NCBI GenBank assembly: GCA_905178155.1
Contig: CAJINV010000002.1
Span: forward strand, 11,534,591-11,598,590
Reading direction: 5' to 3'
Length of the DNA: 64,000 nucleotides
Source: Amoebophrya sp. A120
Taxonomy: Eukaryota > Protista > Dinoflagellata
Position 1 is the stretch's first letter. Each line of letters starts with the position of its first letter. The notes under the pieces are model-generated. The model was not told the origin of the DNA and ran no database searches. It saw only the letters and a program-made list of their open reading frames with translations. This document shows, one piece after another, positions 35,360 to 47,433 of this stretch. The position numbers and the translations under genes were made by a program.

Positions 35360-38300
35360 TCATGATTTTGACGCTTCCTTAGAGGCCGGCTTGGGCTTCT
35401 TCCACCGCACGACCGCTTTCCGCCAGGAAACCAGGCACTGAGGCCCAAACAGCCGGAAAACACACTTGTCCAACACGAACGAGAGAAACGCCCCGAATCG
35501 CTGGGCGGTTCTCGTCGAGGAAGTGGGCCAGATTCCGATGATGTCCGGAAACCGACGGGTGTCTTGATCGCAACGACTGACTCGCTCCAGTTGGGCTGAA
35601 GACAAACCAGCGAATCTTCTCGGGTCGCCAACATCTTTGCCTTCTTCGCCGCATTTCAGATTTTCCCGCACATGCGTTGGATTCGTCGAACTCGGGATGA
35701 CCACCACCCCCCGTTGTAGGTTCCACCGCAGTGCTACTTGCTGGACTGTGCTGTCCAGCTGCTATCAAATGTAAAAATGTCTGGGTCTGGAAACTTGTGA
35801 TGCTGTGTGGCGTATCATGAGGAGGCCACAATTGCTGGCTCAGCATGACAAGTTTCTGAGCTTCTAGGTGTTGCCAATTCTGCATCACAAACTACGTTGC
35901 TGCATGACACAAAAGTGGGGCTCTTTGGTAATGTTCGTTCGTTCGTGTGGATCGGCTCTGCCGACCGGGTAACCCATCGCCTCGCATACAAATGACCGAC
36001 ATAGGCGAACCCCGTTGCGGGACATACATACGGCCGTACGGAAGGGCCCTAGGCGCTACATACATAGTTCACCCTAGCGCCTACCACTTCGGTCGGGACT
36101 GAGTCAGCCTGGTCCTGGGGGTTCACAGCGCACTAGCCCTCTGCTAGCATAAACAGATTGGGTTCTAAAAACTGATCTAACTTCTTATAACAGTGAGGCC
36201 ATCATACTGGTGCGCTAAAAAGGGTTCGGGGCGCTCCGTACGGAAGGGCGCCTTTCGACGCGGCGCACACTCTCCTGTAGAGGTTTACGCGGAACACGGA
36301 TGGGCCGCGCACGCAACTCAGTCGAGGAGGACACGCGCTCCCTCAATGACAGAGGTGGCAGTCACTCCCGGCGGCTGGCCTGTCTGGAGACGGCAAACCC
36401 CGCCTCCCATCTTCCCGGTTCGTCAATGACTCGGGCAAGCCATGTTGCTTAGACTCCCCGCACATGCAAATATGGGACGGCTGGGGGGGTTCAAAAAGAG
36501 CACCAGCTGCGGATGATCTAAGTGTAAAACAAAAAGCCATATTCTTCAGCTGTGCTGTTTATTTATCACTAGGCTGATGGCCTCCTGTTCTTTGTCTGCC
36601 TGCCGCGCCCCTAAGGCTAAGACCTTGCTCAGAAACAAGTCCGCCGACCAGAAATAAGTCCTCCCTGCAGAAACAAGTCCAGCACCAAAAGTCCAACCAA
36701 AAACGAGTCCGCCCTGCAGAAACAAGTCTACCGACCAAGAAAAAGGTGCCCAACCAGCAAGAAGCCCAGCTCGTCCAGCAAGTCGGCCCAGAAACAAGTC
36801 CGCCGACAAGTCCACCCACCGACCAGGAAAAAGGTGTCCAACCAGCAAGAAGCCCAGCTCGTCCACCAAGTCGGCCCAGAAACAAGTCCACCGACAAGTC
36901 CACCGACCAGGAAAAAGGTCTCCAACCAGCAAGAAGCCCAGCTCGTCCAGCAAGTCGGCCCAGAAACAAGTCCACCGACAACACACCATCAACTCCGAGG
37001 CCGAAGCGCAACTCCGAGACCTCCACGCGTCTGTTAACTCCGAGCCCGACCCGAAAGCGCAGCGCCGCCACTCGTCCGCCCGGAACTGCGAACAAAGAAA
37101 CCCGACCAGAAAGCCCAGCACCGCGGCCGGAAAGTCCGCGCGGTTTGTGTGTGTGTGTGTGTGTTTTTCTTTCTAGCTTAGAAGGAATCTCCCGCACTTT
37201 AGGCGGCTGCCAACAGAGGCCTAGGGAAAACGACGAAAACTAACAACAAGATTCGAGACGAAACAAGACGATTATAATGACGACGAAACATAAGTGAATA
37301 GCTAAAAGCACCTCATCTACACATCCAGACCAACCTATACAACTACAAATCCACCTCATCTACACACCCAAACGCAAGCAAAAATATTTTTTTTTTTTAT
37401 TTCCCCACTGCACACAGTTGGTAATGTGCATGGCAGATTTAAGAGTCATGCCAGACAAGCATGACAAACTTGCATTCTTCCAGACCCAGACATTTTTACA
37501 TTTGATAGCTGCTTTGCTAGGTCCATGAGAATCTCGTCTTTGGCGAGCGATTTCCGCCCGAAGTTCAGCGGGCCCCAGGCGACCGGGCGGATTTCTCTCT
37601 CCTGCAGGTAGTTTACCAACTCTTGTTGCTGAAAATGGGGATGGAGCTCAATCTGGTTCGCGTATGGCCAAATGGTAATTGCCTTTCTGTGTCCTCTCGG
37701 GGGGGCTGCGATGGTGTCGGAAGAAGAGCAGAGGAGCTCCGGGCGACTACTCTCAGAAACCTTGCTCGAAGATGTTGCACTGGTGGACGCAACAGAATCG
37801 GTGTCATCTTCTGCGGAGCCGGAGCTCTTCTTTGGTGCTTTGCTCGATCCTGCTGGTGCTGCATCTGCATGCGTTGCCACCCCAGCCACGCCGGCGTTCT
37901 GGTCAGCAGTTGTACCAGTGTACCACTGCAGCAGTTCTGTTGCCAATTGCGCCCTGTCAAAATTTGACACGCCCAAGTTCCGGACCAGGCCTTCTTGCAC
38001 CAGCGTTTCCATGGCATTCCAGGTATCCAAAATAGACACCGTCTGGTCCACCACCAGCGGTTTGCCCTTAACAAACACTCGCGGCCAGTGAATCAGCAGC
38101 AGGTCAAGATACGAGCTTTGCAGGTCGTTTAAGCTGTCCAAAACCGCACTCCTCACGTCGCTCGGGTGCAACTCCTCGCACCAGAGCTTGGAGGTTATCC
38201 ACAGGTCGCTGCGTGTGACACCGCCGGTGTTGCCTTCCAAAAACCTTGTCACCGCCCGCCCGACTTCGTCCTCGTTTGCGTACAAGCGCGCGCAATCCAG

Positions 38301-38489
38301 GTGGCGCACGCCGTTCTGCAGGGCGGAGAATATGTGCTCTTCATACAGATGGGCCGTCCCAAAACCCACGGAAGGGATGTCTTCGAGTGGGTTCTTTTTG
38401 GGCATCCCTCCAGTCATTTCTTGATTTCGCTGCGTCGATGTTTCTGGTACAATGAGAATCTTCTCGTCCGCGGCCAGTACTGGAAGCAA
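35360..38489 (-). CDS. Aldo/keto reductase, two exons split by a 1.75-kb TIR intron
   Basis: Motifs GFGT, HLDCARLY (Asp, Tyr), ITSKLW (Lys), LLIHWP (His), LGVSNF and NQIELHP. The junction reads LAKQ-LDSTVQQVALRWNLQRGVVVIPSS...RENL, the conserved AKR C-terminal motif. Confidence 0.92.
35935..37417. mobile_element. Nested, apparently non-coding 1483-bp insertion of unknown class
   Basis: Flanked by the 10-bp direct repeat TTGGTAATGT (35925-35934, 37418-37427). Removal leaves a 252-bp host element, close to the 268-bp sister copy. Confidence 0.72.
36630..36980. repeat. Tandem repeat of three 70-90 bp units plus AGAAACAAGTCC subrepeats
   Basis: ccgaccaRgaaaaaggt...ccaaccagcaagaagcccagctcgtccaScaagtcggcccagaaacaagtc occurs three times. 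Confidence 0.9.
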
Positions 38490-39086
38490 GCTTACACCGT
38501 GTTGATCGATGATTAAAACCCGCGAGAAAAAAAGAACAAACTCTAACCAAGAAACTTTCTCGTCGATGTCTAGTTTTTACCCGGTACCATCGTCACACGG
38601 TATGGGCGCATGAGAAGGATCTATATGTTCTGCAGATCCTGCTCGGGGAGGATCTTGCCAATGGGGCCGGCAAGTGTAGATCTTCTCAGAATGAAAATCT
38701 AGATCAACTGCATGAGATCGCGTGATCATGAAGCGCCTCAGTCTGTTTCTTGACCTTGTAGTTGAGACTCTTCTTCGAAGACAAATGGCCGCTCCGCAAA
38801 AGAACTTTGGTGCATGGAGAACAGACTGCATCGAAACCAGCTAAGAATCCTCCTGTCGCTGCCCTCCTCCTTGCGATGTGAATGCTTTTCCTTTTGTATA
38901 TGTTTAAGTATATTCACTTTGATTTTCGTGATTTTTGCGCATGATAGAAACGACTGGAATCTTTGTTGGGCAAATGTGTGTATTCTCGCGACAAGTCTTG
39001 TGTCTTTCCTTTGCGACGACGGAATCAACCCAGCGGCTATTTTTACTTGAGTCATTCATTGCATGCCCTACACCGCTGAGCCATCT

Positions 39087-40388
39087 TTAAAAGTCGTCGT
39101 CAGATGTGTCTGACCAGGGCCCGGCGCACATCGCTTGATCGTCACGGAACCGCGGGGATGCCATCGATGACTGCTCTGTGTCCTCGTCGCACGATGGAGA
39201 GTCGCCGCTGCTGTTCTTGTCGTCCTCTTCAAACGGGGCGGCGGTCGTTGTTTTCGACGGATTGGCTGTGTCATTTTTCCCTCTGCTCGCGTTTTTCGCC
39301 TCCTCCTTCGCCCTGTGTACCGAGTAGAACTCCGGCACAGTCGCAGTGTCAATGATGGTCTTGCGCGCCTTGAAGATCGCGTTTCGTTCCTGCTCGTAGT
39401 CCTTGCTCGCAGCGCCGGCGGAAGTGAACATCCACGCTTTCTGGGTGTGCTTGTTGTTTCCCTCGCACGGCCACTGCAACTTGTCGAGGTTGTCCAAGTC
39501 CGCCGGCGTCAGGACGCGGTCCTGGTGGCTCCCGCAAATGAGGCAATGCATCGCACACACGCTGGCCTTCAACTCGTAGGACTCCTTCATGACGAACATT
39601 AGGTAGGGGCAGTTTTTGCGTGGCTCTGCGCAGTCGATCCCGCCATCGTACATCTTCCCCAGCAAAATCCGCAGCGTATCCATGGCCATCTGCCGCTCCC
39701 GGACCGCCCGCTGGTGCCCTTCGGACGCTTCGTGCTCCCAGAAGAATTCGGTCGGCTTTTTCTTCGCATTGTAGCAGAGCCGACATTTCAAATGCAGCCC
39801 TTCGAAATTATTCACTTCACCGACGACTTCCACATATTGCTGTTTCTCCTTCATTATTTGCCACTTTTTCGTCTTGTCGCAAAACTCTAATAAATGATCC
39901 CACTGGCCGAGGTAGTCGTATTCCCAGGAAGCAGCCGCTGCTTGGTCCTGCCTTTCCTGCTCGGTCAACGCTGCGCGGCAAATGTTGCTCGAAGACGAGT
40001 TATAGGAGGCTTTGCTGTTCGTCTTGGCCGCACGACCGTCCTGCTTTTTCTTTCTGGAAGATTTGGTCTGCTCGTCATCGTTCCCTCCATTTTCATCGCA
40101 CTTCGCGTACAGGCACTTCTCGAGCCATCGTTGCTTCCGTTTCGCTTGCTGCTGCAAGTGTCGCTCTGCCCTATTTTCTTTAAGCAGTTTTTGCCTTGCC
40201 GCCTTGTCCTCTTTTTTCTTCTTCCGCTGTTGCGCCCGCACCTCGTGCTCCTCTCGCACAGCAGGAAAGCGACGCTGTTGCTCGGTGATCTCGTTGTCCT
40301 CCTCTTCTATCCGCCGCTGGGTGCGATCTTCGTACCGTCGCTTACCATCGTCGCGCCCTTGGATGTTGCGCGATCCCATCTTGTCCAT
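39087..40388 (-). CDS. Hypothetical protein with a charged coiled coil and putative U1/matrin-type zinc finger(s)
   Basis: 433-aa ORF with CRLC...EHEASEGH and CLIC...C....H patterns. Confidence 0.55.
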   Translation of the reverse strand: MDKMGSRNIQGRDDGKRRYEDRTQRRIEEEDNEITEQQRRFPAVREEHEVRAQQRKKKKEDKAARQKLLKENRAERHLQQQAKRKQRWLEKCLYAKCDENGGNDDEQTKSSRKKKQDGRAAKTNSKASYNSSSSNICRAALTEQERQDQAAAASWEYDYLGQWDHLLEFCDKTKKWQIMKEKQQYVEVVGEVNNFEGLHLKCRLCYNAKKKPTEFFWEHEASEGHQRAVRERQMAMDTLRILLGKMYDGGIDCAEPRKNCPYLMFVMKESYELKASVCAMHCLICGSHQDRVLTPADLDNLDKLQWPCEGNNKHTQKAWMFTSAGAASKDYEQERNAIFKARKTIIDTATVPEFYSVHRAKEEAKNASRGKNDTANPSKTTTAAPFEEDDKNSSGDSPSCDEDTEQSSMASPRFRDDQAMCAGPWSDTSDDDF

Positions 40389-40917
40389 CTCTACAGATGA
40401 TACCCTTGATGATAGATGTAGCGGGTCAACAGTGCACCACCGCAGAACTTGGTGGAGGTGGACTTAGCAGGGAAATGAAACTACCTCTAAGACGAGTCCC
40501 ATCTACAATTGTAAGAACATTTGCTTCAGTATATCAGTCGGGAACAATTCAAGTTATCCAGCGTTTGACAAACGGCTACGTAATTTCCTTCCAACTCCAT
40601 GTCAATGTTGCATATGTGGGGAAAAAAGTGTCACACCCATGAGGGACTTACAGCCGCAACACACAAGCACAGGTGCTGACCCCGCTCGTCCCAAGAGAAA
40701 CTGATTTCAGAACAAGTCACAAAGACAAACTCACTATCCCTGTCTGCAATGATAAATCTTTTGATGATACATGCGCTTCGTGTTCATCTTGAGATCTCAC
40801 TACCACTTTTGGAAAGAAACTCAAGCTCAAGGAACAGACCAATACGAAACCAGTGCGTCACCAAGTAAAACAAATGTTGCAGTGTCACCTTGCTGGATTC
40901 GAAAGTAGTTGTTCAAA

Positions 40918-42810
40918 TCACAGCTGCTGTGCGACCATGTCTACGACATATGTCGTGTTCACGATTGGAACTTCCAGCTGCGCAGATACTATGCCTGGTA
41001 GCCCTGCGAGGACCTTATGCACATCGCCCTGTGGGCCGGAGACCCGGCACCTGCCGGCATCCGGCATGAACAGATGAGCGGTGGTTCCGCTAACGGGAGA
41101 GAGTAATGTAGCAGAAACATCAAGAGTCTTTGTGTGACTTACTTCGGATGCGGATTTTTTCGGTTCCCCACTTGGACAGCTACTCTGGCAGAATGCTTTG
41201 TCAACTACGGTATGCAGCGCACGCAACAGCCTGAAGCTGCACTCACCACACTCCCCGGGCCCAAACCGGAACATATTTTGTGCCATCATCAGCAGGCCTT
41301 TTCTTGTCCGTACTGGCACTGCTGAAGAGGCGGGCTGGACACCTGCGCTGAAGTAGTCAGAGATGTGCTGCAAACCGGCTGCCAAAATTGCGCTGTCCGA
41401 CGTCGCGCAAAAAGGCGCCGAAGAAACGGCTCCAATGTTATTCTTCCGCCTCAACAGCGATCGTGAGCGTAGAGCGTGGAAGTTGGCATAATTACGTAAT
41501 GTCTCCGTCCAGAGAATCGCAGAACCAGCTGCAGTTGTCTTCGTGCTACCAAAACGCGGCGTGCTACTACTACTGTTTATTCGATCCGCAAAACTCCGCA
41601 GGATGAGTGAAGAAGCGTCGACGCTTTCCGCAAGAAATGCTACTGCGTTCCCAGAAGAATGGTCCCCTGCGCTACTTCCAATGAGCTCTAGACCAACGAG
41701 GTACTCCATGAGTTCCGCAAGCTCGCCGGGTGTCATTTCTTTCAATTTCTTGGGATCGAAAAGCAAACCCTTGCACAAGACAATCTTTTCGGCAAATTCA
41801 CCCTCGTCATTCTTATATCGCACCGACCAAAGTGCCTTCAAGATCTGCACTAGCTGGCGTGCTGAGAAAAGACCGAGGCGATTGCCTTTTGCCTCTTGCT
41901 CGATCCGGCGCTGCACCGCTTGCATCAGCGGAACAAACTTTTCCGCGACGTCGAGGTCATCGGAACGAGGCAGAGTGAGGATCTGCTCGAGAACGACACG
42001 GAAGTCCTTTCTCGCCGCTGGTAGAGAACCGAGCGGAACTGGCGGGGGTGGGCGCGGAATTCTTGGGCGTGTTGCGCCAAGAGCTGCATTTGCAAGATTC
42101 TCAGGGAATCCTGATGACTCGTTCCTTTCCCGTGTCTCTTCGATAGTATCGATCCGCAGAGCTTCGCAAACCATCTCGAGTACCAGATCCAACAGTTTGC
42201 TCGAACGCAAAATTGGTTGCCCGAGCCGCAAGAGCTTGAGGATGCGCGTCGCTCGCTGAACCGTTTGTAGAAGCGACGACAAATTTTTGTTCGCAGAACT
42301 CCCTTTTATCGACTCAGGACTAGACGGAGGTCGCTGCTCCAAGGACCGCTCTGGGTCTCTCTGTACCGGTCGTCTCTCCGGTCTTACTGCCTGTTCTTCT
42401 AATCTCTGCAACATGGCCTCCTCGTACCTCTGAAAACGTTTCTTCGAGAATGTCATGTAGCTATCGCCCCTTGGTTCCGTTTCCCATAACTCCAGAACGG
42501 CCTCGACCGTAGTTAGCTTCGCCAAGGATGCCCGGGAGCAATCCGGCCGGTCCGCACTGACGATTGATGTCCCTTTCAAACTACCAACACCTGGCGACTC
42601 TTCTTTGTCCCGCCGCAAGATCATGCGACTCGGAGTCTTGCCTGGGCGGTCGCTGGGGCGAGCCGTCTGCAGAGTGGTCGCGGCAAGGCTTCCAAAGCGC
42701 CGCTGCAAACGAAAGTGGTCGTGCACAAGGGCTGCAAATTCCAAGTCGTCCATCCTTGAGCCACTCGTGGAGCCAACGAGGCCTCCGCGCCGCGGAGGGC
42801 GTGCTCGCAT
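40918..42810 (-). CDS. Helical hypothetical protein, possibly RAP/FASTK-like
   Basis: 630-aa Leu-rich ORF. The C-terminal DVHKVLAGL...QLEVPIVNTTYVVDM resembles the start of a RAP domain, but the match is weak. Confidence 0.45.
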   Translation of the reverse strand: MRARPPRRGGLVGSTSGSRMDDLEFAALVHDHFRLQRRFGSLAATTLQTARPSDRPGKTPSRMILRRDKEESPGVGSLKGTSIVSADRPDCSRASLAKLTTVEAVLELWETEPRGDSYMTFSKKRFQRYEEAMLQRLEEQAVRPERRPVQRDPERSLEQRPPSSPESIKGSSANKNLSSLLQTVQRATRILKLLRLGQPILRSSKLLDLVLEMVCEALRIDTIEETRERNESSGFPENLANAALGATRPRIPRPPPPVPLGSLPAARKDFRVVLEQILTLPRSDDLDVAEKFVPLMQAVQRRIEQEAKGNRLGLFSARQLVQILKALWSVRYKNDEGEFAEKIVLCKGLLFDPKKLKEMTPGELAELMEYLVGLELIGSSAGDHSSGNAVAFLAESVDASSLILRSFADRINSSSSTPRFGSTKTTAAGSAILWTETLRNYANFHALRSRSLLRRKNNIGAVSSAPFCATSDSAILAAGLQHISDYFSAGVQPASSAVPVRTRKGLLMMAQNMFRFGPGECGECSFRLLRALHTVVDKAFCQSSCPSGEPKKSASEVSHTKTLDVSATLLSPVSGTTAHLFMPDAGRCRVSGPQGDVHKVLAGLPGIVSAQLEVPIVNTTYVVDMVAQQL

Positions 42811-45800
42811 GATGCTGAGGTAAACCGTGCCGCTGTCCGCACAAACAAAAGCAGCGCTTCACTTCTCGTTCGTTTCTTTTCAGACTCAGCTGCAAAGTAC
42901 ATAACTTTTATATTGAAAAGTAAAATCCGAAAGGGAAGTTTGAGTAGAACAGTGTAACTTTTAATTTTATATCAACAACATAATAGAAAAAGAGAAAGAC
43001 CAGATGGTGCTCGATTTTAAAAACTGATCGTCGGTCGCCTCAAGAGGGCTCGAGAGCATGATCTCCCAAGATCTGCGAAAAAATACGAAGAAAAGCGCTT
43101 TGCAGAAATCCACTTGACCACGAGGATCTTCAGTTTCACCGAAACCGCATAGCTCAGGATCACTTCGGATTCGGTACTGATAGATGATGTGAAAGAATAG
43201 ATGTTCTCAAAAACAAACTAGAACTAGGCAGATGTTAATCTGCATTGATGAGGGCTGTAGGACTTTTGAGCTTTTACATTCGGGCCGTCTATCTGTCCCG
43301 ATCTGTAGACCCTAAACCCTAGGACCAATCTAATTTTGAGGAAATTGGAAACAGAAACTGAACGCGCACACGCAATCAGAGGCGCTCATGTCACGAAGAA
43401 ACGCAAAAAGTTCACGTCTACCCACCGCGCCGCTGGTCAAGCATTTTTAGCATTAATACAAGAAGCTTCAGATTCATTATATAGGGACGAAGACATTCTG
43501 TGGTTTTATTACGTTTTGCTGCATCAAGATCAATGGTTCGATGCTTATGGTCCGCCTGTTGTTCTTCGAAATCCTTCTTCGTCCGCCGGGTCACTCGGGC
43601 AGTCTACACTTCCATCTACTTCGGGCAAGTGGTTCTTGGTGTGGAAACTTGTCGTGCTGCGAAACTACACGACTAGAAGGGTGGTGTTTTGGTACGAGAC
43701 CGCTACTTGTGCCTGCTGCGTCGGGGGATACAGAAGCGCATAAGCTGTAAGCTCTCTGGGAAGGTTGCGAGGTGAAACGTTGAAACGGGTACTTCTCATC
43801 ATGGGGCTCTTGCAGTGCAGAAGCATCTTCCGCGATGACGAAGAGGCTCATCTGCTACCTGCTACCTGGGGAGATTGGCACGAAACCAAACCGCTTTTAC
43901 TGTGTTAAGAGGAAAAGACAAGCACAATTTCAATCAACATGGGTTGAAATAACAAACCTCAATAAGCCCAAAAAAAAAAGCACCCACACAGGCACAAGAT
44001 TCTGCGCTAGCAGCTGCTCCTGCTGTACTTAATCGTATTTTAACATAATTTTTGTAGCCGGGAAACAATTTTCAGCTAAAAAGTGGGCATTATGCGATTA
44101 CGATGCACTACGTACAGAAGCAAGAGGCACATTATAACTTCAGCCCATGTGATACACGTACATTTTAGCACAGACACTACATCGTCCTGAAACGTTGTTC
44201 GACCGGGGTGAGGACAAGAACTTTTTGCATCGGGAACGCTTTCCGCAAAATCCGACAACTCAAACAGGGGTCAGCTCAGGGGTCGTTCCGTCTTGCTTTT
44301 GCTTTCTTTTCAAAGGTGATTATGGGAGTGAAATTATTTGTGTCCACACGCATTTCATTCCTCTCACCAGGAGGCCTAGTCCTCGTTCGAATGCGCGTTG
44401 CTTGAGGCATTCTCTTAGTTTTGGTTTTTCAGCATAGAAGAAAATGCAGGGCGGTCGCTAGGATAGCCAATATAGTTGTCGCAAACTCGTGCACACTACT
44501 TCTTCCAGAAGATAGAGAGGAGCAGTGGCACCTTATTTTTGCTCTTGGCTACATTGGTTTGTAAAATCCGAAAGTACACTGCTGTCTCTCCATGCTCGTT
44601 TTATTTGTGCTCACATGCTACAAACTTGCTTTAAAAGTAGAGGAGGGCCCCCAAGCACTGCAAAGTGCGCTAATCAAGATCAACCTTCAAGTGGCGTGTT
44701 ATACGTTGGGTTCAGTCATCCTCTGGTACCACGTTGCGATAATCCTACCCAAAAGTCGCGCCAGCTGTCAGTCTACTCTTCATCGGTGGGGTGCTACTTC
44801 TGCTCACAACGCCACATACCAGCGTACGTAAAAAACAGCTACGAGAAAGCTCCTCGTTACCCTAAAGCGAAGACCTTTTAGCACGGCTTTACTTCATGCG
44901 TCGACAAGTGTAGTTTTTTAGCTCCTGTACCTGTAGCCCTAGCCCCGTCTCTTTGATACATTAGCATTTTTAGCTCGTGTATTTGCGAGGTACGTTTAAG
45001 TGACAAATTGCGAAAATTTTTATCTACCGCCATTCTTGCTGCCGCTGGAGGGAGATACTACAGGTAATAGAAAAGGGGACTACAACATACTGTTGTTGCT
45101 GGTATAGAAGAGAAAAGAGGCATACAAGTACGTTTAAACGAGTCTAGTCTACTGTTGGTACCGCGAGCTCGGGAAGATAGTAACTTACATATTCTGATAA
45201 AATAAAAATAATGGGTCTGTCAGGTTTTGTGAGACGAACAGCCTTTTAGAAAATTGCTCGGGCGAGTTTCAGAATAGATCAGCGACCCCGGGAGGAGGAG
45301 AAGGTGCTGAGGATTCTACAACGACATGACTTAAAGCTAGCCTCGGAGGCTATTACACGATTCCAATCTGGGAATTCGTATTCCGCTACGGTAATGATCC
45401 TTCTTTGATGTGTGAAACAATCCGCTTAAGTTTTTCTTATTTGTTTTTGGTTCTGCTGTTGATGTTGGAGTTTTTTTGTATACGTTTATTTTCAGAAGCG
45501 CAAGCGCGTCGAACTTACTTCTGCTATAGGTGTCAAGTAAACTGCTATGTCAAAATCTGCTGCGGGTGGTGCAGGGGTATTTTTTACTACCATCATGGTA
45601 CAATGACACACGCACCGGTCGATCTCGGCTGCAAGTACTGCGACAGGTTGTGTCGGGCTGCAGCTAGAAAACGATCGGCATATCCTTGTCCTTGTCGATC
45701 TGTATTTTTAATTATTGAGGAATGTTCGTGTTGTTTTTCATGTGCGAATCAATTTATGATGAAGCATCTTTTTGAAACTCGCTCAGCCAGCGATTTATTC

Positions 45801-45922
45801 ATCATCTTGAATTAATCTCTTCATCAAGCAAAAAAAGAAACTGAAGAGTAAGAAGCAAGAATTGGAATTTCAAAAGCAGCAGCACAATTATAATACGTTA
45901 ATAAGGTAGCGTTTCCAACACT

Positions 45923-47433
45923 TTAGCTGGAACTGTAGACCGGCTCGGAGCCGTTCACGTACGGCAGCATCCAGGATTCCGTGCTGAATTGCTGCAGGGC
46001 GATGGTATCGAAGAACTCCATCAAGGACCCCGCGTCGTGCCGGTTCGGATCGCGCGTTCCATTGGCCTTGCTGTCCGCAAACAGACCCCACTGCTCCTTC
46101 CAAACTTCCGAGATACTTTGACCTGTCAGTCGTGGTGGATATTATTGATTTACCAAGAGAGGTGCTTGCGGCTTCCACGACAATCAGAATGGCAAAAATG
46201 AAAATTTCCGTGAATAAAACGTCGAGAGCTATACCTTTTTTGATCGATGACACCATGTAGGGTTTCGCCAGCTCCCCCAATGACACCAAGTACGGGCTGG
46301 CCCACGGTGCGGATACGACTTCTGTATTGCATTTAATTCAAACAAAAAATTGACTAATGTAGCCTTACACACACACACAAAATCTGCTATCTCCGCACCC
46401 CTGTCAAAAAAACGAGCACGAGGACGACGAGAGTCGTAATATAAAATCTAAGCAAATACGTAGTACCTGCCAACCCGTATTTGAGGACGAACGCGATGAT
46501 GAAGCAGGCCTGGTGGCGGGTGGGGTCGTGTACACCGTTCCCGTTCTCCTGGGCCCAGTCGATCCACATGGTCTTCCACTCCGCCGAGTTGCGCTGCCCC
46601 TGCTTGACGAGTTCTATGACCCGGCCCAGCGCAGACGCGTTGGCTGCGGTTTGGCTGGCCTGACCCTGCTGGTGGTTGTACATCTGCGTGGGCTGCTGGC
46701 TGTTGCTGGCTCCGTACCCGTAATTCCCCGCACCGCCGCCGTTCTGGTAATTGCCGGGGGCGGCCCCGTAGCCGTAGTTGTTTCCACCCTTGCCGCCGCC
46801 CTTCTTGCCGCCGGCCGGGGTGTAGCCGCCACCGCTGCTGTTGTAGTCCATGCCGGCGGGGGTGCCGTCGCTGGTGTACGCGCCGTCGGAGCCGTAGCGG
46901 CTGCCGCCGTAGTTCGCGGGGGTGGACGTGTTCGACTGAGCCGCGTTGGGGTAGGCCGTCACGCCGTTCTGCGTGATCTGGTGCTGCTGCCCCGCCATGG
47001 TGAGGTAGCCCTTCCCGAGGTTGTCGAGGAAGCCCTGGATGAAGGTGACCTCGTGCTTCGCCGGGTCGTACATAACATGCCCCTGGCTTTCGCAGTACGC
47101 GTGCCACGCATTCTTGAAGTTGGTGCTGCACCGCTGGCCCGCCTTCACCACGTCGGCGTACTCCGTGTAGTAGCGCTTGGACATCTGCATGTTGCCACTC
47201 GGGTCCACCACCTGGTACGACGAGTGCCCAGCCAACGACGCAATGACTTCAGATTTTCCGGGACCAGCAGGGCCTGCCGGTGCCTTACTGTTCTTGGAAG
47301 AAGTAGAAACTTGGTTAGTGTAGTTCGTGTGGTTGATGTTCCCGCCGGTGGTCTGTGCGGGGTGGATTGCGGGGACTAACGGAGTAACGCTTCCTGGACT
47401 AACACTTCCCTCCTGGGGTCGGGTACGTTTCAT
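45923..47433 (-). CDS. Three-exon protein with three copies of a ~42-aa KxGQ..WK..W..DPxRH domain and a G/Y/N/Q-rich linker
   Basis: Repeats are VKAGQRCSTNFKNAWHAYCESQGHVMYDPAKHEVTFIQGF, VKQGQRNSAEWKTMWIDWAQENGNGVHDPTRHQACFIIAF and IKKGQSISEVWKEQWGLFADSKANGTRDPNRHDAGSLMEF. There are two GT-AG introns and a stop TAA at 45925-45923. Confidence 0.75.

Larger units (their letters stand above)
35763..37507. mobile_element. TIR element acting as a non-canonical intron, family A, with a nested insertion (1745 bp)
   Basis: Same TIR as 4349-4616 (TATCAAATGTAAAAATGTCTGGGTCTGGAA). TSD GCTGC at 35758-35762 and 37508-37512. Confidence 0.93.

Noticed and set aside
36540-36552. Hammerhead ribozyme core CTGAAGA on the minus strand
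   Set aside because: No suitably placed GAAA or supporting stems were seen.
36630-36980. CRISPR-like array
   Set aside because: The units are contiguous tandem repeats with no unique spacers and no cas genes, in a eukaryotic context.
36546-37243. ORFs of 165-212 aa inside the nested insert as a possible transposase or RT
   Set aside because: They are repeat-derived, open in several frames, and have no catalytic motifs.
42755-42763. TGGCTCAAG before an ATG, matching the 3' end of the dinoflagellate spliced leader
   Set aside because: A 9-mer match is expected by chance in a window this size, and it lies within an ORF.
43310-43322. Telomere-like CCCTAAACCCTAG
   Set aside because: Fewer than two units, so it is not an array.
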